From Christensenella minuta (lineage in GTDB: Bacteria > Bacillota > Clostridia > Christensenellales > Christensenellaceae): 32,000 bases of DNA. The position numbers and the translations under genes were made by a program. The stretch spans positions 111,585 through 143,584 of the forward strand of contig NZ_CP029256.1 of assembly GCF_003628755.1 (NCBI RefSeq), read 5' to 3'. The notes under the pieces are model-generated. The model was not told the DNA's origin. It searched no databases and saw only the letters and a list, made by a program, of their open reading frames with translations. The first letter of the stretch is position 1. The number at the start of each line of letters is the position of its first letter. Shown here one piece after another: positions 23,471 to 32,000 of this stretch.

Positions 23471-24928
23471 ATGGAGATAAGAACAAGATTCGCGCCCAGC
23501 CCGACGGGCTACCTGCACATCGGCGGCCTGCGGACGGCGCTGTACGCATACCTGTTTGCCAAAAAGAACGGCGGGAAATTCATCCTGCGCATCGAGGATA
23601 CGGACAGGGAACGCCTTGTAGACGAGGCAAGCGAGATCATCTACCGCACGCTGAAAGATACGGGACTCATCTACGACGAAGGCCCGGATGTTGGCGGGGA
23701 GTATGGCCCCTATATCCAGTCCGAGCGCAAGGATATCTACCGTGATTACGCGGAAGAGCTCGTCCGGCGCGGCGCGGCTTATTATTGCTTTTGCACCAAA
23801 GAGCGCCTTTCCGGCCTGCGCACGGAGTGTGAGGCAAAAGGAGAACAATTCAAATACGATAAGCATTGCCTCAGCCTCACGCCGGAGGAAGTGCGGGCAA
23901 AGGTCGCTGCGGGCGAGCCGTATGTCATCCGCCAGAATATCCCAACGGAGGGGGAAACGACGTACAGCGATATGGTCTACGGCGACGTCACGGTCCCAAA
24001 CAGCGATATGGAGGATAACATCCTCCTGAAATCGGACGGCTACCCGACTTATAACCTCGCAAACGTGGTGGACGACCATCTGATGAAGATTACGCATGTC
24101 ATCCGCGGGATCGAGTATCTTTCCTCTACCCCCAAATATAACCTGCTCTATGAAGCGATGGAGTGGGACGTACCGGAATATATCCACCTGCCCCCGGTCA
24201 TGCGGGATAAACACGCGAAGCTTTCCAAGCGCCACGGGGACGCTTCCTATGAAGACTTTGTGGAGAAAGGGTTCCTCTCTGGTGCGATCCTCAACTATAT
24301 CGCGCTTCTTGGCTGGAGTCCTTCGGACAATCAGGAGATTTTCACGCTGCCTGAGCTTGTAGATGCGTTCGACGTATCGGGCATCAGTAAAAGCCCGGCG
24401 ATCTTTGATGTGGAAAAACTGAAATGGATGAACGCGGAATATATCCGCGCGCTTTCGGAAGAACAGTTTATTGAAATGGCAATGCCGTATTTCGGGCAGG
24501 TGATCGACCCGGAAAAGTTCGACCTGCCGCTCATCACCCGGCTGATCCAGCCGCGCCTCGAAGTGATGACAGAGATACCCGATAAGCTCCGGTTCCTTTC
24601 CAAGCTGCCGGATTACGATATCAGCCTTTACAGCCATAAAAAAATGAAAGTCACGCCGGAAAGCGCGCTCGTATACCTTGAAGCCGCCTATCCCGTCCTG
24701 CGGGACCTCCCGGATTTCACGGAGACGATGATCCACGATTCCATGATGGAGCTTGTGGAAAAATTGGGCGTGAAAAACGGGCAGCTGCTCTATCCGCTGC
24801 GCGTCGCGGTATCCGGTACGCCCGTCACCCCGGGCGGCGCGATCGAGATCGCCTATCTCCTTGGCAAGCACGAGACGCTCTCGCGCCTCGAAACGGGAAT
24901 TGCCAAGCTCAAAGATGCGCTCCAATGA
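23471..24928 (+). CDS. gltX: Glutamate--tRNA ligase
   Basis: 485 aa. MEIRTRFAPSPTGYLHIGGLRTALYAYLFAKKNGGKFILRIEDTDRER contains the HIGH region, and KLSKRHGD contains the KMSKS region. Confidence 0.97.
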   Translation: MEIRTRFAPSPTGYLHIGGLRTALYAYLFAKKNGGKFILRIEDTDRERLVDEASEIIYRTLKDTGLIYDEGPDVGGEYGPYIQSERKDIYRDYAEELVRRGAAYYCFCTKERLSGLRTECEAKGEQFKYDKHCLSLTPEEVRAKVAAGEPYVIRQNIPTEGETTYSDMVYGDVTVPNSDMEDNILLKSDGYPTYNLANVVDDHLMKITHVIRGIEYLSSTPKYNLLYEAMEWDVPEYIHLPPVMRDKHAKLSKRHGDASYEDFVEKGFLSGAILNYIALLGWSPSDNQEIFTLPELVDAFDVSGISKSPAIFDVEKLKWMNAEYIRALSEEQFIEMAMPYFGQVIDPEKFDLPLITRLIQPRLEVMTEIPDKLRFLSKLPDYDISLYSHKKMKVTPESALVYLEAAYPVLRDLPDFTETMIHDSMMELVEKLGVKNGQLLYPLRVAVSGTPVTPGGAIEIAYLLGKHETLSRLETGIAKLKDALQ

Positions 24929-25017
24929 TGTGCGGCTCCTTGGCTGCAAAGCCCCGTTTTACGCTGCGGGGGGCCGGCGGAAAGGATTGTCGATTGGAAG
25001 GAGCCGGAGAAGTTTGC

Positions 25018-25047
25018 TTGACTTTCTCCTGCCCGTTGCGATATAAT
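25018..25047 (+). promoter_or_regulatory. Promoter of the rpsF-ssb-rpsR operon
   Basis: TTGACT (25018-25023), an 18-nt spacer, then TATAAT (25042-25047). Confidence 0.6.
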
Positions 25048-25066
25048 ATTTTGATGTAACGTCCTT

Positions 25067-25089
25067 GCCCTGCGGACAAAAAGCAGGGC
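25067..25089 (+). promoter_or_regulatory. Hairpin in the rpsF 5' leader (candidate S6:S18 autoregulatory leader)
   Basis: GCCCTGC-GGACAAAAA-GCAGGGC lies between the promoter and the RBS GAAGGAGG. An rpsF leader structure bound by S6:S18 has been described in bacteria. I cannot confirm here that this hairpin matches that motif. Confidence 0.3.
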
Positions 25090-25117
25090 CATTAGTCCAG
25101 AAGGAGGTGAATTACGG

Positions 25118-25414
25118 ATGATAAAGTACGAATCCATGTACATTTTGAAACCGGATATGGAAGAGGAGAAAAAAGACGCGCTCGTAAAGCGTTTTTCCGA
25201 TATCGTCGAAAAAAGCGGCGGTAAGATGGAAAAGATCGACGAGTGGGGAAAAAAGCGTCTTGCGTATCCGATCCAGTATCTGAACGACGGTTACTATGTA
25301 CTCATGACGTTTGAGGCGGACCCGACGCTCCCGGCAGAGCTTGAAAGAAATTACAAGATCTCCGACGATGTGCTCCGCTACATGGTTGTCAATCTCGAAG
25401 ACCAAAAAGCGTAA
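25118..25414 (+). CDS. rpsF: 30S ribosomal protein S6
   Basis: MIKYESMYILKPDMEEEKKDALVKRFSDIVEKSGGKMEKIDEWGKKRLAYPIQ; canonical rpsF-ssb-rpsR context. Confidence 0.97.
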   Translation: MIKYESMYILKPDMEEEKKDALVKRFSDIVEKSGGKMEKIDEWGKKRLAYPIQYLNDGYYVLMTFEADPTLPAELERNYKISDDVLRYMVVNLEDQKA

Positions 25415-25478
25415 GCAGGAAATTGCACGGGCAGGTCTTACCTGGCCCTGAAACGACCAAACAAAGGATGGTTCCAAG

Positions 25479-25925
25479 ATGAATAAAGCGATTCTGGTTG
25501 GTAATTTAACAAGGGATCCGGAACAGCGCACAACGCCGTCCGGTGTTTCCGTCACAAGCTTCACGGTCGCGGTTACGCGCCGTTACAAGTCCCAGGACGG
25601 AACACAGCAGGCGGATTTCATCAATTGTGTTGCATGGCGCTCGACGGCCGAGTTCATTGCGAAGTATTTTACAAAGGGCTCGCGGATCGGCATCGTAGGC
25701 ACAATACAAACACGCACTTACGACGACCAAAACGGCGTCCGCCGTTATGTGACGGAAGTTGTCGTGGATGAAGCGGAATTTGTGACGAGCAAGGCGCAAA
25801 ATCCGGGCGCGTCGCGTGGTGATATGCCCGCGCAGCAGGCTCCCGCACAGCAAAACGCAGATGACCTGTTTGCTGAAGAATTATCAGATTTCCAGCCGCT
25901 CGACGATGCGGAGCTGCCGTTCTGA
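25479..25925 (+). CDS. ssb: Single-stranded DNA-binding protein
   Basis: MNKAILVGNLTRDPEQRTTPSGVSVTSFTVAV... forms the OB fold, and the acidic C-terminal tip is DDAELPF. Confidence 0.97.
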   Translation: MNKAILVGNLTRDPEQRTTPSGVSVTSFTVAVTRRYKSQDGTQQADFINCVAWRSTAEFIAKYFTKGSRIGIVGTIQTRTYDDQNGVRRYVTEVVVDEAEFVTSKAQNPGASRGDMPAQQAPAQQNADDLFAEELSDFQPLDDAELPF

Positions 25926-25993
25926 CGGATCATTCACGAAGCCGCGGCGCACGATGCGCAAGGCGGCGATTTTAAGCAAAGGAGATGTCTCAA

Positions 25994-26242
25994 ATGAGCG
26001 AAGAAAGAGCGAGAAGACCGATGCGCGCAAGACGCCCGAGAAGGAAAGTATGCGCCTTTTGTGCGGACAAATCGGAATTCATCGATTATAAAGATGTTGC
26101 GAAGTTAAGGAAATACCTGACGGAGCGCGGTAAGATCATGCCCAGGCGCGCTTCCGGTACGTGCGCGAAGCACCAGCGCGAGCTTGCTGTTGCCATCAAG
26201 CGGGCAAGAGTTATGGCGCTGCTGCCTTATGTCTCAGACTAA
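25994..26242 (+). CDS. rpsR: 30S ribosomal protein S18
   Basis: [80 protein letters not shown] prefer the ATG at 25994 because the ATG at 25985 directly abuts the GGAG Shine-Dalgarno sequence. Confidence 0.93.
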   Translation: MSEERARRPMRARRPRRKVCAFCADKSEFIDYKDVAKLRKYLTERGKIMPRRASGTCAKHQRELAVAIKRARVMALLPYVSD

Positions 26243-26390
26243 TTCATCTGCACGGCGGTCTCTGGATTTTCGGATTGCGCGGCGGGCTCAGCGTATTCTG
26301 CGCTTTTGTCCGGCACGCTTCCGGTACGATCGATCCGGATGTTGTCCGTGTACGCTTCGTTGATCCGAAGCAAAAAAAGCAAGACAGGGA

Positions 26391-26423
26391 GGACATATCC
26401 TGATTGGATATGTTCTTTTTTTT
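26391..26423 (+). terminator. Rho-independent terminator about 150 nt downstream of rpsR
   Basis: GGACATATCC-TGATT-GGATATGTTC forms a 10-bp stem with one G-U pair. It is followed by eight T residues (26416-26423). Confidence 0.7.
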
Positions 26424-26596
26424 ACCCGCCGCCTTTACGGTGCGCATCCGTATGCGCCGGCGCGCTGCCCGTCCTGTCCGTGCGGCGCGGACACATTCCC
26501 TGGGCTTCCGCAGGTTTGCACGGCATACCCCGCGTATCACACCCGTGTATTTTGTATGACGCGGCGAATCAATGTGCTGTAATCGCCGCTGGTTTA

Positions 26597-26605
26597 TGGT
26601 ATACT
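26597..26605 (+). promoter_or_regulatory. Extended -10 (TGgTATACT) only 7 nt upstream of the ogg ATG
   Basis: TGGTATACT at 26597-26605, then ATAAAAT, then ATG at 26613. No Shine-Dalgarno sequence is present. Confidence 0.45.
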
Positions 26606-26612
26606 ATAAAAT

Positions 26613-27467
26613 ATGGATGTAGCCTATGAAAATGGCGCCGCGCTGGTGCGTACAGGGTGTTTCGAGCCGCGGCATATCTTTGAAAACGGGCAGGCCTTCC
26701 GCTTTTTCCCATGCGGGGCGAACGCCTATGAAGGCGTGGCGCACGGGCGGTATCTGCGTGTGGAAAAAGTGCCGGAGGGCGCGCGCCTTTATCCATGTAC
26801 GCAGCAGGATTTTGAGCGGGTATGGAAGCGTTACTTCGACCTGGAACGGGATTATGCTGCACTGTTTTCGGATTGCGGCGACAGTGTCCTGAAACAGGGG
26901 ATGCAATATGGCTGCGGGCTGAGGCTTTTGAACCAGGAGCCGTTTGAGACGCTGATTTCGTTTATCGTGTCCGCCAACAATCATGTGAAACGGATTCGCG
27001 GCATCCTCCGGCGCATCTGCGCATTATACGGCGAACCGTTCTCCTTTGAGGGGAAGACATGGCACCGCTTCCCGGCGCCTGCTATACTCGCGGGGCTTTC
27101 CGAGGAGGCGCTCGGCGAATGCGGCAGCGGCTACCGCGCGCCCTATATCAAAGGAGCGGCGCGGATGGCTGCGGAGGGCTTTTCGCTTGAAGCGCTGCGC
27201 GGGATGGGATATGCGGACGCGAAAAAGGAACTGCAGCGGCTGCCCGGTGTGGGTCCGAAAGTCGCGGATTGCGTCCTGCTGTTCTCCCTTGGCTTCTACG
27301 ATGCGTTCCCGGCCGATGTATGGGTCAGGCGGGTGCTGCGTGAGCAATATGGATTTACAGGGAACGACAGGCAAATTTATGAGTTCGCGCGGAAACGCTT
27401 TGGGCCGTACGCGGGGATTGCGCAGCAATACTTGTTTTTCTGGAAGCGGGAAAACAGCAAAAGCTGA
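26613..27467 (+). CDS. ogg: 8-oxoguanine DNA glycosylase / DNA-(apurinic or apyrimidinic site) lyase (Ogg, HhH-GPD superfamily)
   Basis: 284 aa. The N-terminal OGG_N-like segment is FEPRHIFENGQAFRF. The HhH-GPD core is LQRLPGVGPKVADCVLLFSLGFYDAFPADVWVRRVL. Confidence 0.85.
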   Translation: MDVAYENGAALVRTGCFEPRHIFENGQAFRFFPCGANAYEGVAHGRYLRVEKVPEGARLYPCTQQDFERVWKRYFDLERDYAALFSDCGDSVLKQGMQYGCGLRLLNQEPFETLISFIVSANNHVKRIRGILRRICALYGEPFSFEGKTWHRFPAPAILAGLSEEALGECGSGYRAPYIKGAARMAAEGFSLEALRGMGYADAKKELQRLPGVGPKVADCVLLFSLGFYDAFPADVWVRRVLREQYGFTGNDRQIYEFARKRFGPYAGIAQQYLFFWKRENSKS

Positions 27468-27531
27468 TTTTGTTTGATACCGTTTGTGGACGGATTAGAT
27501 ATTTTTATAAAATTTGGAGGAAACGGAACTT

Positions 27532-28254
27532 ATGAAGCTTCTCGTAGATACCCATACGCATACGGTGGCGAGCGGCCATGCGTATTCTACCCTGCGTGAA
27601 AATGCGCTTTTCGCGGCGAAAAAAGGCCTGGAAGCCTTTTGCTGTACGGACCACGGTCCGGGCCTCGCGGGCGGCGCGCCGGATTTTATCATCAGCGTGC
27701 TCCAGGGATTGCCGGACGTTTTGGAAGGAGTGCGCATGATCCGGGGCTGCGAGCTCAACATCCTGGACAGTGAGGGAAATATCGACCTTTCCGAGCGGTA
27801 CCTGAAGCGGACGGAATTTTTGGTCGCGTCCATGCACGATATCGTGGTTGCGCAAGGTACGGTGGAAGAAAATACGGCGGCGCTTGTGAATGCGCTCAAA
27901 AATAAATATGTCGACGTGGTGGGGCATCCGGGCAATCCGCATTATGCCGTCAATATAGAGGAAGTGGTGGATGCGGCGAAGCGCTGCGATAAGCTGATCG
28001 AGATCAACAGCCATTCTTTCCGCCACCGCAGGGGCAGCGATAAGACCTGCCCGCAGTTTATCCGCCTGTGCAAGCAGAAGGATGTGCGGATCACCGTGTC
28101 GTCGGATGCGCATGCGTGCTATAACGTGGGAAATTTCGAGGATGCGGTCCGGGCGCTCGAAGCGGAGGACTTTCCGCAGGAGCTGATCGTCAGCCGCAGC
28201 CTCGGCGCGTTTACGGAGTATCTCCGGGAACGCAAACAAAGAATCGAAAAATAA
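27532..28254 (+). CDS. PHP-domain phosphatase (YcdX-like)
   Basis: MKLLVDTHTHTVASGHAYSTLRENALFAAKKGLEAFCCTDHGP... contains the PHP His motifs. GGAGG (27516-20) lies upstream of ATG 27532. The track's TTG at 27514 overlaps the Shine-Dalgarno sequence. Confidence 0.85.
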   Translation: MKLLVDTHTHTVASGHAYSTLRENALFAAKKGLEAFCCTDHGPGLAGGAPDFIISVLQGLPDVLEGVRMIRGCELNILDSEGNIDLSERYLKRTEFLVASMHDIVVAQGTVEENTAALVNALKNKYVDVVGHPGNPHYAVNIEEVVDAAKRCDKLIEINSHSFRHRRGSDKTCPQFIRLCKQKDVRITVSSDAHACYNVGNFEDAVRALEAEDFPQELIVSRSLGAFTEYLRERKQRIEK

Positions 28255-28265
28255 GGAGACCTTTT

Positions 28266-29849
28266 ATGGCATATAAGACCCTATACCGCGTATTCCGCCC
28301 CAGGACCTTCGATGAGGTCTACGGGCAGCAGCACATTACGGACATCCTGAAAAAGCAGGTGATGACCGGACAGCTTTCGCATGCCTACCTTTTTTACGGC
28401 CCGCGCGGGACCGGGAAAACAAGCACGGCTAAGATCCTTGCAAACGCAATGAACTGTCTCGATCCGCAGGGCGGGAATCCCTGCGGCAAGTGCGAGGTCT
28501 GTACAGGGGCCGCAAACGATGCGTTTGTAGACATCGTGGAGATCGACGCGGCGTCCAACAACAGTGTGGACAATGTGCGCGATATCCGCGAAAAGGTTTC
28601 GCTTCTGCCCGCGCTTGGGAAATACAAGGTATATATCATCGACGAGGTGCATATGCTTTCCCCCGGTGCGTTCAACGCGCTTTTGAAGACGCTCGAGGAG
28701 CCACCCGCGCACGCGGTGTTTATCCTCGCGACGACGGAAATCCGCAAGCTCCCGGCGACGATCCTGTCGCGCTGCCAGCGCTATGATTTCAAGCGGATTA
28801 CGGAGGAAGATATCGTCGCCCGCCTGCGCGAGGTCGCAGAGAAAACGGGTGTGGAATACGAGGAAGAAGCGCTCTGCATGATTGCGCAGTCCGCCGAAGG
28901 GGCGATGCGCGACGCGCTCTCCGTGATGGACCAGTGTATCGCTGGTCAGGATTCCCTGACGCTCGGACATGTAAACGAAGCGATGGGCATTGCGGATACG
29001 GAGCGTACCCGCGCCTTATGCGGGGCGGTGCTCGGTGAAAATCCGGCGGAAGCCCTCGGCCTTTTGCAGGGCATGCTGAAAGACGGGATCGAGCCGCACA
29101 ATATCCTGCGGGATATTATCGTGGAATTATCCGGACAGCTTGCAAAGGAGGCCGCGGACGCCTACAGGTGCGCCAACCTTTTGCGTGTGCTGGAAGTGTT
29201 TATTTATAACCAGAACATCCTGCGGTATGCGGCCACGCCGGACGCGGTGCTGGTCGCGGCGGTTGCGCGCGCCGCGGTCAACACGACGGATGTAGATACG
29301 GAAGATATGGACCTGCGCGTAAAGAAGCTTGAGGCGCGGGTGGAAAAACTCGCCGCAGACTTTGCTTCGGGTAAGCTGGCCGCGGCGGCGCCGGGACAGA
29401 AGCAGGCGCCCGCTCCGCGGGGGGGCGTGCCCGTGCAGGCAGAGATTCCCGGCACACAGGATCTTGCCGGAAACGCGATCAGGGCAGTAGAGCAGGAAGA
29501 AAAAGCACAGCAGGAGGAGCAAGAGGAAGAGATGCCTGAGGCAGGCGAAGCGTTAAAACAGCTGCGTGCAAAAATTGGTAGCGAACTTCCGGTGCTGGCC
29601 CCGGCGGCAGCTGCGGTCCGCGGTATCAATGCAAAGGGCAGCCTGCTTCAGTTCATCGCGGACGAGGCGGACAGCGTGCTTGTGGACATGCTGTGCAAGG
29701 AAGAATACCTTGCGCAGATGAACGGGATCATTGCGGAAATTTTCGGGCATACGATGGTGCTCGAAACGCGGTATGAACAAAAAGAGGAAAAAAGTATGGA
29801 GCAGCAGCTCTTTGACCTTTTTGGAAAAGATAAAGTTGTGATAAAATAG
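28266..29849 (+). CDS. dnaX: DNA polymerase III subunit gamma/tau
   Basis: YRVFRPRTFDEVYGQQHITDILKKQVMTGQLSHAYLFYGPRGTGKTSTAKILA..., Zn module CGKCEVC, DEVHMLS and SRCQRYDF. It has the canonical dnaX-ybaB-recR context. Confidence 0.96.
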   Translation: MAYKTLYRVFRPRTFDEVYGQQHITDILKKQVMTGQLSHAYLFYGPRGTGKTSTAKILANAMNCLDPQGGNPCGKCEVCTGAANDAFVDIVEIDAASNNSVDNVRDIREKVSLLPALGKYKVYIIDEVHMLSPGAFNALLKTLEEPPAHAVFILATTEIRKLPATILSRCQRYDFKRITEEDIVARLREVAEKTGVEYEEEALCMIAQSAEGAMRDALSVMDQCIAGQDSLTLGHVNEAMGIADTERTRALCGAVLGENPAEALGLLQGMLKDGIEPHNILRDIIVELSGQLAKEAADAYRCANLLRVLEVFIYNQNILRYAATPDAVLVAAVARAAVNTTDVDTEDMDLRVKKLEARVEKLAADFASGKLAAAAPGQKQAPAPRGGVPVQAEIPGTQDLAGNAIRAVEQEEKAQQEEQEEEMPEAGEALKQLRAKIGSELPVLAPAAAAVRGINAKGSLLQFIADEADSVLVDMLCKEEYLAQMNGIIAEIFGHTMVLETRYEQKEEKSMEQQLFDLFGKDKVVIK

Positions 29850-29882
29850 AGATCAAATGAAAACATTTTGGAGGATTGAACA

Positions 29883-30218
29883 ATGGCAAAAGGCGGATTT
29901 CCGGGCGGGATGAATATGCAGAATATGATGCGTCAGGCGCAGCAGATGCAGGCGAAGATGCAGCAAATGCAGGCGGAGCTTGAAGAGCGGGAGGTCGAAG
30001 CGACGGCCGGCGGCGGTGTTGTGCGCGTGGTCGCGACGGGAAAAAAGATGATTAAAAGCATTGAAATACAGGAAGCGGCAGTCGATCCGGACGATGTGGA
30101 AATGCTGCAGGACCTCGTGATCGCAGCCGTCAATGAAGCGCTCACGAAAGCGGATGAAATGATGCAGGCCGAAATGGGAAAGATTACGGGCGGCATGAAC
30201 CTGGGGGGGCTGTTTTAA
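29883..30218 (+). CDS. ybaB: Nucleoid-associated protein YbaB/EbfC
   Basis: MAKGGFPGGMNMQNMMRQAQQMQAKMQQMQAELEEREVEATAGGGVVRVVATGKKMIKSIEI; 111 aa; located between dnaX and recR. Confidence 0.95.
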   Translation: MAKGGFPGGMNMQNMMRQAQQMQAKMQQMQAELEEREVEATAGGGVVRVVATGKKMIKSIEIQEAAVDPDDVEMLQDLVIAAVNEALTKADEMMQAEMGKITGGMNLGGLF

Positions 30219-30809
30219 TTGAACCTGCAATCCTACCAGAAACTGGTCGCCCAGTTCTGTAAGCTTCCGGGGATCGGCGCAAAAACGGCGCAGCGTCTTG
30301 CGTACCATGTGCTGAAAATGCCGGAAGCAGAGGTGAAGCAGTTTGCGGTCGATATGTACGACGCGCGGCGCCGGGTGAAATACTGCAAAATATGCGGGAA
30401 CCTGTGCGAAGGCGAAGTGTGCGAAGTGTGCGAAGACCCGCGGCGCGACCATTCGCTGATCTGCGTCGTGAAAGATGCACGCGATGTTTTTGCGATCGAA
30501 AAAACGCATGAGTACCGCGGGCTTTACCATGTGCTGGGCGGAACGATTTCCCCGCTCGAGGGAGTCGGCCCCGACGATATTGCGATCGACCAGCTCCTAG
30601 CCCGCCTTGGCGGAGAGGTGAAAGAAGTTATCCTCGCCACCAACCCGGACGTGCAGGGCGAGGCGACGGCGGCATATATCAGCCGGCTGCTGGGCGGCTA
30701 CGATATCAAGATATCCCGTATCGCGCATGGTATCCCGATCGGTGCGGAGCTTGAATACGCGGACGAGATTACCCTGGCAAAGGCCCTCGAAGGCCGGACC
30801 TCTGTGTAA
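30219..30809 (+). CDS. recR: Recombination protein RecR
   Basis: [24 protein letters not shown] forms the HhH motif. [16 protein letters not shown] forms the Zn finger, and a Toprim domain follows ([16 protein letters not shown]...). The TTG start directly follows the ybaB TAA. Confidence 0.95.
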   Translation: MNLQSYQKLVAQFCKLPGIGAKTAQRLAYHVLKMPEAEVKQFAVDMYDARRRVKYCKICGNLCEGEVCEVCEDPRRDHSLICVVKDARDVFAIEKTHEYRGLYHVLGGTISPLEGVGPDDIAIDQLLARLGGEVKEVILATNPDVQGEATAAYISRLLGGYDIKISRIAHGIPIGAELEYADEITLAKALEGRTSV

Positions 30810-30893
30810 ATAGGATTCGGAGGGCGGGACATATCCGGCCTGTAAAACCATGCGCCTCCCTGCGGGAGGTGCGGACAGCGGAGGCGTTTCTCC

Positions 30894-31457
30894 ATGTATG
30901 ACAGTATTAAGACGCTGTATGAAGCGGTTATGAATTGTAAAAAATGCAGACTCTCGCAGACAAGGCAGCATGCCGTGTTCGGCGAAGGCAGCCTGCATGC
31001 GGACGTGATGTTCGTGGGCGAAGGCCCGGGCGCGCGGGAGGATGAGCAGGGCAGGCCGTTTGTCGGTCCGGCAGGGCAGCTTCTCTGCCGTATGCTGGAC
31101 GAGATCGGGCTCCGGCGCGGGGATGTATATATCGCCAATGTGGTCAAATGCCGTCCGCCGGGAAACCGCGATCCTCAGGATGACGAACGGGCGGCCTGCA
31201 TCGATTACCTGCGCAGCCAGGTGGCGTTCGTCAAACCGAAGGTAATCGTGTGCCTCGGGCGCATCGCGGCGGGCGTTATCCTCGGCCGCGGCGTACGGAT
31301 GATGAAAGAGCACGGCGTGTGCGTAAAGGTTAAAAACTTTTACATCATGCCCACGTTCCATCCGGCCGCGCTGCTGCACAATCCGGACTATGTGCAATAC
31401 GCGAAACATGATTTTCAGGTGCTGAAGGGAACGCTGCATGGACTCGAACTCTCTTGA
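30894..31457 (+). CDS. udg: Uracil-DNA glycosylase, family 4 (Fe-S type)
   Basis: NCKKCRLSQTRQHAVFGEGSLHADVMFVGEGPGAREDEQGRPFVGPAGQLL, ANVVKCRPPGNRDP and FHPAALLHNP: the GEGPG and HPA motifs plus the cluster cysteines. Confidence 0.9.
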   Translation: MYDSIKTLYEAVMNCKKCRLSQTRQHAVFGEGSLHADVMFVGEGPGAREDEQGRPFVGPAGQLLCRMLDEIGLRRGDVYIANVVKCRPPGNRDPQDDERAACIDYLRSQVAFVKPKVIVCLGRIAAGVILGRGVRMMKEHGVCVKVKNFYIMPTFHPAALLHNPDYVQYAKHDFQVLKGTLHGLELS

Positions 31458-32000
31458 ACGTTTATATGATCGGATCAGCGGAGCATATCCGGGGCAGGAG
31501 CTTGTGTTTGGCGACGGGAAGCCGGATGCGGGGCTGATGCTCGTGGGAGAAGCGCCGGGCCGGGACGAGGTCGCGCAGAAAAAACCGTTTGTGGGCCGGG
31601 CCGGGCAAAACCTGACCGGGTTCCTTAAAACACTTGGGCTGTCCCGGACGGAGATTTACGTTACAAACGTATGTAAATTCCGGCCTACGAAGGTGAGCGC
31701 CAAAAACACGGTTTCCAACCGTCCGCCCACCCGGGAGGAAATCCTTGCCGCACAACCGTTCCTGTGGGAAGAGATCAGGCTCGTTGCGCCCCGGCTTCTT
31801 GTGACGCTTGGAAACACGCCGCTTCGCGCGGTCAGGGGGTTTAACGCCGTCATCGGCGATCACCACGGCAAAGCGGAGCGAATTTCCCTCGGCACAGGGG
31901 AATATTGGCTGTTTGCGCTCTATCATCCGGCCAGCATCATCTACAATCCCTCCCTCAAAGAAACCTATTCCCAGGATCTTTCAAATTTGGCCGTATGGCT
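31438..32000 (+). CDS. Uracil-DNA glycosylase family protein, second paralog (partial; runs off the right edge)
   Basis: Not in the ORF track because it has no stop in the window. The ATG at 31438 overlaps the preceding gene by 20 nt. Translation is MDSNSLERLYDRISGAYPGQELVFGDGKPDAGLMLVGEAPGRDEVAQKKPFVGRAGQNL...TNVCKFRP...LYHPASIIYNP. It has the GEAPG and HPA motifs but lacks the N-terminal CxxC. Confidence 0.85.
   Translation, partial: MDSNSLERLYDRISGAYPGQELVFGDGKPDAGLMLVGEAPGRDEVAQKKPFVGRAGQNLTGFLKTLGLSRTEIYVTNVCKFRPTKVSAKNTVSNRPPTREEILAAQPFLWEEIRLVAPRLLVTLGNTPLRAVRGFNAVIGDHHGKAERISLGTGEYWLFALYHPASIIYNPSLKETYSQDLSNLAVW

Noticed and set aside
21750-24949. Very long minus-strand ORFs (494 aa at 21750..23234 and 555 aa at 23282..24949) antisense to glnS and gltX
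   Set aside because: The plus-strand frames carry unmistakable class I aaRS signatures (HIGH and KMSKS regions, full-length similarity). The antisense products are Arg/His/Phe-rich with no recognisable motifs. These are typical shadow ORFs of high-GC coding DNA.
27468-28265. Expected SRP RNA (ffs/scRNA) upstream of dnaX, as in many Firmicutes
   Set aside because: The position is occupied by a PHP-phosphatase CDS that ends 11 nt before dnaX. I found no GGAAGCAGC-type SRP domain IV core anywhere in the window.
28266-29849. Programmed -1 frameshift site in dnaX (the A AAA AAG heptamer of E. coli)
   Set aside because: I saw no AAAAAAG heptamer in the gene by eye; the longest A runs are 5 nt. 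The single 527-aa product fits the Firmicute type, which lacks a separate gamma subunit.
1-32000. Search for CRISPR arrays, tRNA/rRNA genes, transposases, integrases, phage modules, toxin-antitoxin or defence-system genes
   Set aside because: None found. There are no regularly spaced direct repeats, no cloverleaf-like or rRNA-like segments, and every large ORF is accounted for by pilus, housekeeping or transport functions. Apart from the AT-rich promoter islands there is no compositional break suggesting a horizontally acquired island.

Overview
High-GC (about 60% by eye) Firmicutes/Clostridia-like chromosomal segment with about 31 protein-coding genes. I found no rRNA, tRNA, CRISPR array or mobile element. 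Left to right: a partial PiT phosphate transporter; a TetR-regulated YhgE/Pip membrane protein with a perfect 22-bp operator palindrome; an MBL-fold hydrolase; rlmH; two small unannotated transcription units. Next comes a complete Gram-positive type IV pilus (T4P) locus (5964-21545) in three blocks: pilA<-orf<-pilT<-pilB on the minus strand, pilD alone on the plus strand, and pilO<-pilN<-pilM<-pilC on the minus strand. A divergent plus-strand operon encodes a 1902-aa prepilin-like GLUG-repeat protein plus three minor-pilin-like proteins. The right part is housekeeping: glnS-gltX, rpsF-ssb-rpsR, ogg, a PHP phosphatase, dnaX-ybaB-recR and two tandem family-4-type uracil-DNA glycosylases (the second runs off the right edge). 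The most unusual items are: (i) the giant modular pilin-like adhesin; (ii) a short ORF, missed by the ORF track, with a textbook double-glycine leader, an in-frame TGA and a CxxC..CxxC continuation; (iii) a promoter-to-terminator unit (5606-5932) with no convincing product; (iv) structured leaders in front of pilA and the giant pilin gene, together with an intact MshEN c-di-GMP-binding motif in PilB. All promoter, terminator and motif calls were made by eye. No database search or folding program was available.
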